From Lama guanicoe (Eukaryota), in contig MU054001.1 in the NCBI GenBank assembly GCA_013239625.1, positions 3,698,167 to 3,762,166 of the forward strand: DNA of 64,000 nucleotides, written 5' to 3'. The notes beneath the pieces are model-generated. The model did not search any database, was not told the origin of the DNA, and saw nothing but the letters and a program-made list of their open reading frames with translations. Shown here piece after piece: positions 60,690-64,000 of the stretch. The stretch's first letter is position 1; every line of letters begins with the position of its first letter. Made by a program: the position numbers and the translations under genes.

Positions 60690-61390
60690 CAGGGTGGAGG
60701 TGGAATTTAGGGCAGTCTGTTTGGAGTACAAGTTTGCAGCATGTATCAAAATGCAAGATCCTCTTATACTTGAATCCAGCAACTCCCCTTCTAGGTCTCC
60801 ATTCTGCCAGAATGCTCTCACCCACCCACAAAGACATATCCAAGGATGCTCACCGCTGCATCATCACCTATGATCTCAACAGGCTGGAAACAGACTGAAG
60901 GTCCCCTGTGGGGAAGTAGTTAAATCAATCACAGTCGTCCCTGCTCTGAAATCCTCTGCAGCATTCCATCAGAAAGAATGGGTGTGTATATTCTGACATG
61001 AAAAGGAGATCTTCAAAATATTGAGTGAAAAAAGCAAGAGCAATACATTTAGCATAATCACATTTGTGTTGTGAGAAAAACTTGGGGGGTAGATATAGCT
61101 CAGTGGTAGAGCACATGCTTAGCATGCAGGAGGACCTGGGTTCAATCCTCAGTACTTCCATTAAAAAACAATATGTGTGTGTATATATATGTAACTTCAA
61201 TATATGACTCTGTATATGGATATTGATATAAATGCACAGAGAAAGGTCTGGAAGGGTAGACACCTAATCTCTGGGGCAGGGAGTGGATTGGAGAAAGATG
61301 GTAAAAGGGCCTTTCTTTTGATGGCCTCTACACTGTTCCTATATTGTATGAATTTCTTACTGTGCAAATAATAATAATAATAATAAAAAC
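60690..61390 (+). mobile_element. Ancient L1ME-like 3' region interrupted by a SINE
   Basis: 'tgaatccagcaactccccttctagg...caaggatgctcaccgctgcatc...aatattgagtgaaaaaagcaag...gaaaggtctggaagg'. Confidence 0.7.
61084..61168 (+). mobile_element. tRNA-Ala(AGC)-derived SINE, short form (tRNA head plus A-tail only)
   Basis: 'ggggggtagatatagctcagtggtagagcacatgcttagcatgcaggaggacctgggttcaatcctcagtacttccattaaaaaa'. A and B boxes are present but the stems are imperfect. Confidence 0.88.
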
Positions 61391-61889
61391 TTTATGGAAA
61401 AAAGCATCTTATAAACTCTGTAGAAATGTGTCCTCCTGATATTACTCCAAGTGGAGAAAAATCAGGATACAGAATGCTGTTTGGCTGAAAGAGAAACTTC
61501 AAAAAAACAAACATTCATGAGAACAGAAGAGAGAAAGCATGGAAAGACCCTTAAAATTTAAGAGATTTTAAATGAGGAGGTTTTTGTTGTTTATTTTCAT
61601 GGTTGTTTCTACAATATCATTTGTATAACTCAAAACACTAAAATCAAAGCCGGTTAAGGCTGCTTATAACTCAGATATCCCTCGTGACATTTGAACAACC
61701 ATGCATCGAACACTGAACACCAAGTCTCTGACTGGCCCTGAGCTGGGATTTTAGGATGCTGGAGTCAGAAAGACATGGAGCGTGTGCTTGAGAAACTCAC
61801 AATCAGGGACAGGAAGGAGCAGCTAGAACCTAAACAGGTCATCATAACATAGTGGAAAGGCTTTGAGCAAGGTGGGCATAAGAAATAAA

Positions 61890-62545
61890 AATGATAATGC
61901 TAATAAGAATAATGATGTCCAACATTCATGTAATATTGTATTAGTCAGGATATGCTGCAGTAACAAACAGACCCACAATCTCAGTGGCCACAGATCTATT
62001 GCTTGCTCATGCTTGTTCATTGCAAGCTGGCAAGGGGGGAATCGGGAGATGAGGAGGTGGAGACACTGCTCATTATAGTTATAGACCTGAGCAAGTGAAG
62101 CAGCCTCTGTCTCAAAAGCTGCTGGTCACTGTCCCAAAAAGAAAGAGAACTCAGGGGAGTCTTACATCTGCAGTTAAATACTCTGGCCCAGGAAGTGACA
62201 CCCATCATTTCTGCAAATAATTCATTGGCCAGGGCTACTTCCATCTTCAAGGGGGGCAGGAAGTACAATTCCACCATGCTTCTACAAGGCAGGGGGCTGG
62301 AAATCTTTACTAAACTGCATTAATAACTATCACACTCTTTCAGGGACTGTCCAAATGCATTACAGACATTAGCATATTTAATTCAGATTACAACCACAGA
62401 GGGAGGGACGATTATCCATCCCCATTATAAAACTGAGGAATGTGAGGCCCAGAAAGGCGAAGTCATGTACCAAAGGTCACAGTGTAAGTGCTGGAACTGG
62501 AATTTGAGCCCAGGACTCTGGCTCCGAATTGGGTCTCTTCACCAC
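61890..62545 (-). mobile_element. MIR SINE split by an MLT1 LTR insertion
   Basis: MIR tail 'ataatgatgtccaacattcat' before 61937; MIR body resumes after 62334 ('catccccattataaaactgaggaatgtgaggcccagaaagg...aaggtcacag...ggaatttgagcccagg'). Confidence 0.8.
61937..62334 (-). mobile_element. MLT1J-like MaLR solo LTR
   Basis: 'tgtattagtcaggatatgctgcagtaacaaac...tctggcccaggaagtgacacccatcatttctgc...cattggccag...gggcaggaagtacaattc...taataactatcaca' with TG...CA ends. Confidence 0.85.
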
Positions 62546-62689
62546 ATCATTCCACTGAATGAACTCAAAGGAAGAAAAGCTCTCGGGGACCCAGGGACAG
62601 GAAGGTGGTCTGGGGGAGTCACGTCGGAGCTGATGATCTAAAATCTTGCCATTGCCAGAACCAAGTCCACAGCCTTGAAGGATGCTCTC

Positions 62690-63285
62690 GCACCGTATCG
62701 TGTATCAAGTATTCTTGCCAGAAGTGCATAAACCTGAAAACAACCAGGAGGAAACAATCAGACAGATCCAACTGGAGGGACGTTCTACAAAGCAGCCGCT
62801 CTGACACCTCGACATCAATGTTGTGAAAGACAAAAACAGCAGGCAGGTCGGGGCTGGGACACCATTCCCGATTAAAGGAGACATACAGGTAAATGCAAGC
62901 CTTGCTTCCCAGCTGGATACTGCACTGGGGGGAAGCGCTTTAAAAGCCCTTACTGAGACAACTGGAGAACTCTGAATATGGACAGTATATTAGGTAACAG
63001 TACTGTGTCCGCAGTAACTTTCCTAAATTTGATTATTCTACTTGGATACACCTGTTTTCAGATATTCCCTGAAATGTGTGAAGGGTTCAACACCTGTACT
63101 TTCCCTCAAAGGAGCCAGCAATAATCATTAGACTACTACATACATACAGAAGGGGAAACAAAGCAAATGTGGCAAAATGCTCGCGACTGGTGAACACAGG
63201 TGATAGTGAATAGGCATTCAAGGCATTCTTGCAGCTGTATACAGGCAGGAAAAGTTTCCCTCCAAAAAAAGTATTTTTTTTTAAA
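62690..63285 (+). mobile_element. L1MC-type 3'UTR fragment
   Basis: 'gtattcttgcca...gaggaaacaatcagacagatccaactggagggacgttctacaaa...gattaaaggagac...ctgaatatggacagtatattagg...gcaaatgtggcaaaatg'. Confidence 0.82.
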
Positions 63286-63824
63286 GTGCAATCTGTTGTC
63301 TGTCCTGATCATGGTGTGTGTTTGTGAGTGCGTGTGCGTGTGTTGCGCCCACCATCTGGTTGGTGACATGGTCCTCACCCACCAGCCACCCCTTGGAGAA
63401 TTGACTTACGCTCTCCCAGTGGGTCTGAGTGGGTGCTCAGTGCTGCGGCCACCCAGCTCTGACCTTGTTACTTGTCACAGCCCCGCTCTCCCCTGTCTTC
63501 TCCTACCCCCTCCCTCCAGTTTTTTTCAAGCCTGTCTTCCCCTACTTGAATCAAGAAAGGAGTGATTTGCAGCCCCTGCCTCATCACCCGCCAGAGTGAC
63601 ACACACCCTCTCATGGGTGAACTAATCCCCAGCCCCTCAGGCAGGAAACAGCCGGCCCCCTCTGCCCAGCAAGCATCAGGGTGAGATCCAGCCTCTCTCC
63701 ACCCCTCCGGCCCCTTTCCCTGACCACACTACCCGACGGGAGTCTGGGATGGTTAGGCACAGATGTGTAAATATGTGGCCATTTGCTCCTGAGCCAGCAT
63801 GAGTCACACACCCATTTTCTCTTC

Positions 63825-64000
63825 CTACAATCATGGTTCGTAAGGAACTACCCTAAAATTCAGTGGTTTAGCTAACAACCCTTTATTATTGTTCATGAGT
63901 CTTGGGGTTCTTCTGCTCTAAGCCAGGACCCCTGGTGAGTCCGCTGTCCTCTGCCGCATGACTGACTCCGCTCATCCGACCCGGGCTCCCTCCCAAGACC
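63825..64000 (-). mobile_element. MLT1-type LTR, cut by the window end
   Basis: 'gtaaggaactaccctaaaattcagtggtttagctaacaaccctttattattgttcatgagtct'. Confidence 0.6.

Noticed and set aside
61084..61160. Apparent tRNA-Ala(AGC) gene
   Set aside because: Acceptor and anticodon stems are mispaired, it has an A-tail, it sits inside an old L1 and it matches the other SINE copies.

Overview
This is eutherian mammal genomic DNA, most likely from a camelid (Camelus, Vicugna or Lama). That call rests on three tRNA-Ala(AGC)-headed SINEs and on L1 3' ends of the cetartiodactyl/camelid type. I found no cellular protein-coding exon, rRNA, intact tRNA or CRISPR array, so the window reads as intergenic DNA or a large intron. 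Much of it is recognisable transposon debris: MIR, L2, MaLR/ERV-L LTRs, hAT and Tigger DNA elements, and two nested L1 blocks at about 40.7-47.2 kb and 57.9-60.5 kb. The only real protein homologies in the ORF track are decayed L1 ORF2 fragments and an ERV-L integrase/dUTPase remnant at about 21.0-21.4 kb. The repeats do not explain several repeat-free islands rich in homeodomain, TALE, POU and FOX motifs (clearest at about 12.0-12.9, 19.4-19.75 and 50.1-50.7 kb), which look like developmental enhancers. Smaller oddities are a perfect 4x AGGTCA DR1 array, a cluster of inverted repeats, a 5'-inverted (twin-primed) L1 and a perfect 38-bp tandem duplication. I cannot support a new biological system from sequence alone. 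Repeat family names come from remembered consensus sequences, not from a RepeatMasker run, and many boundaries are approximate to tens of bp.
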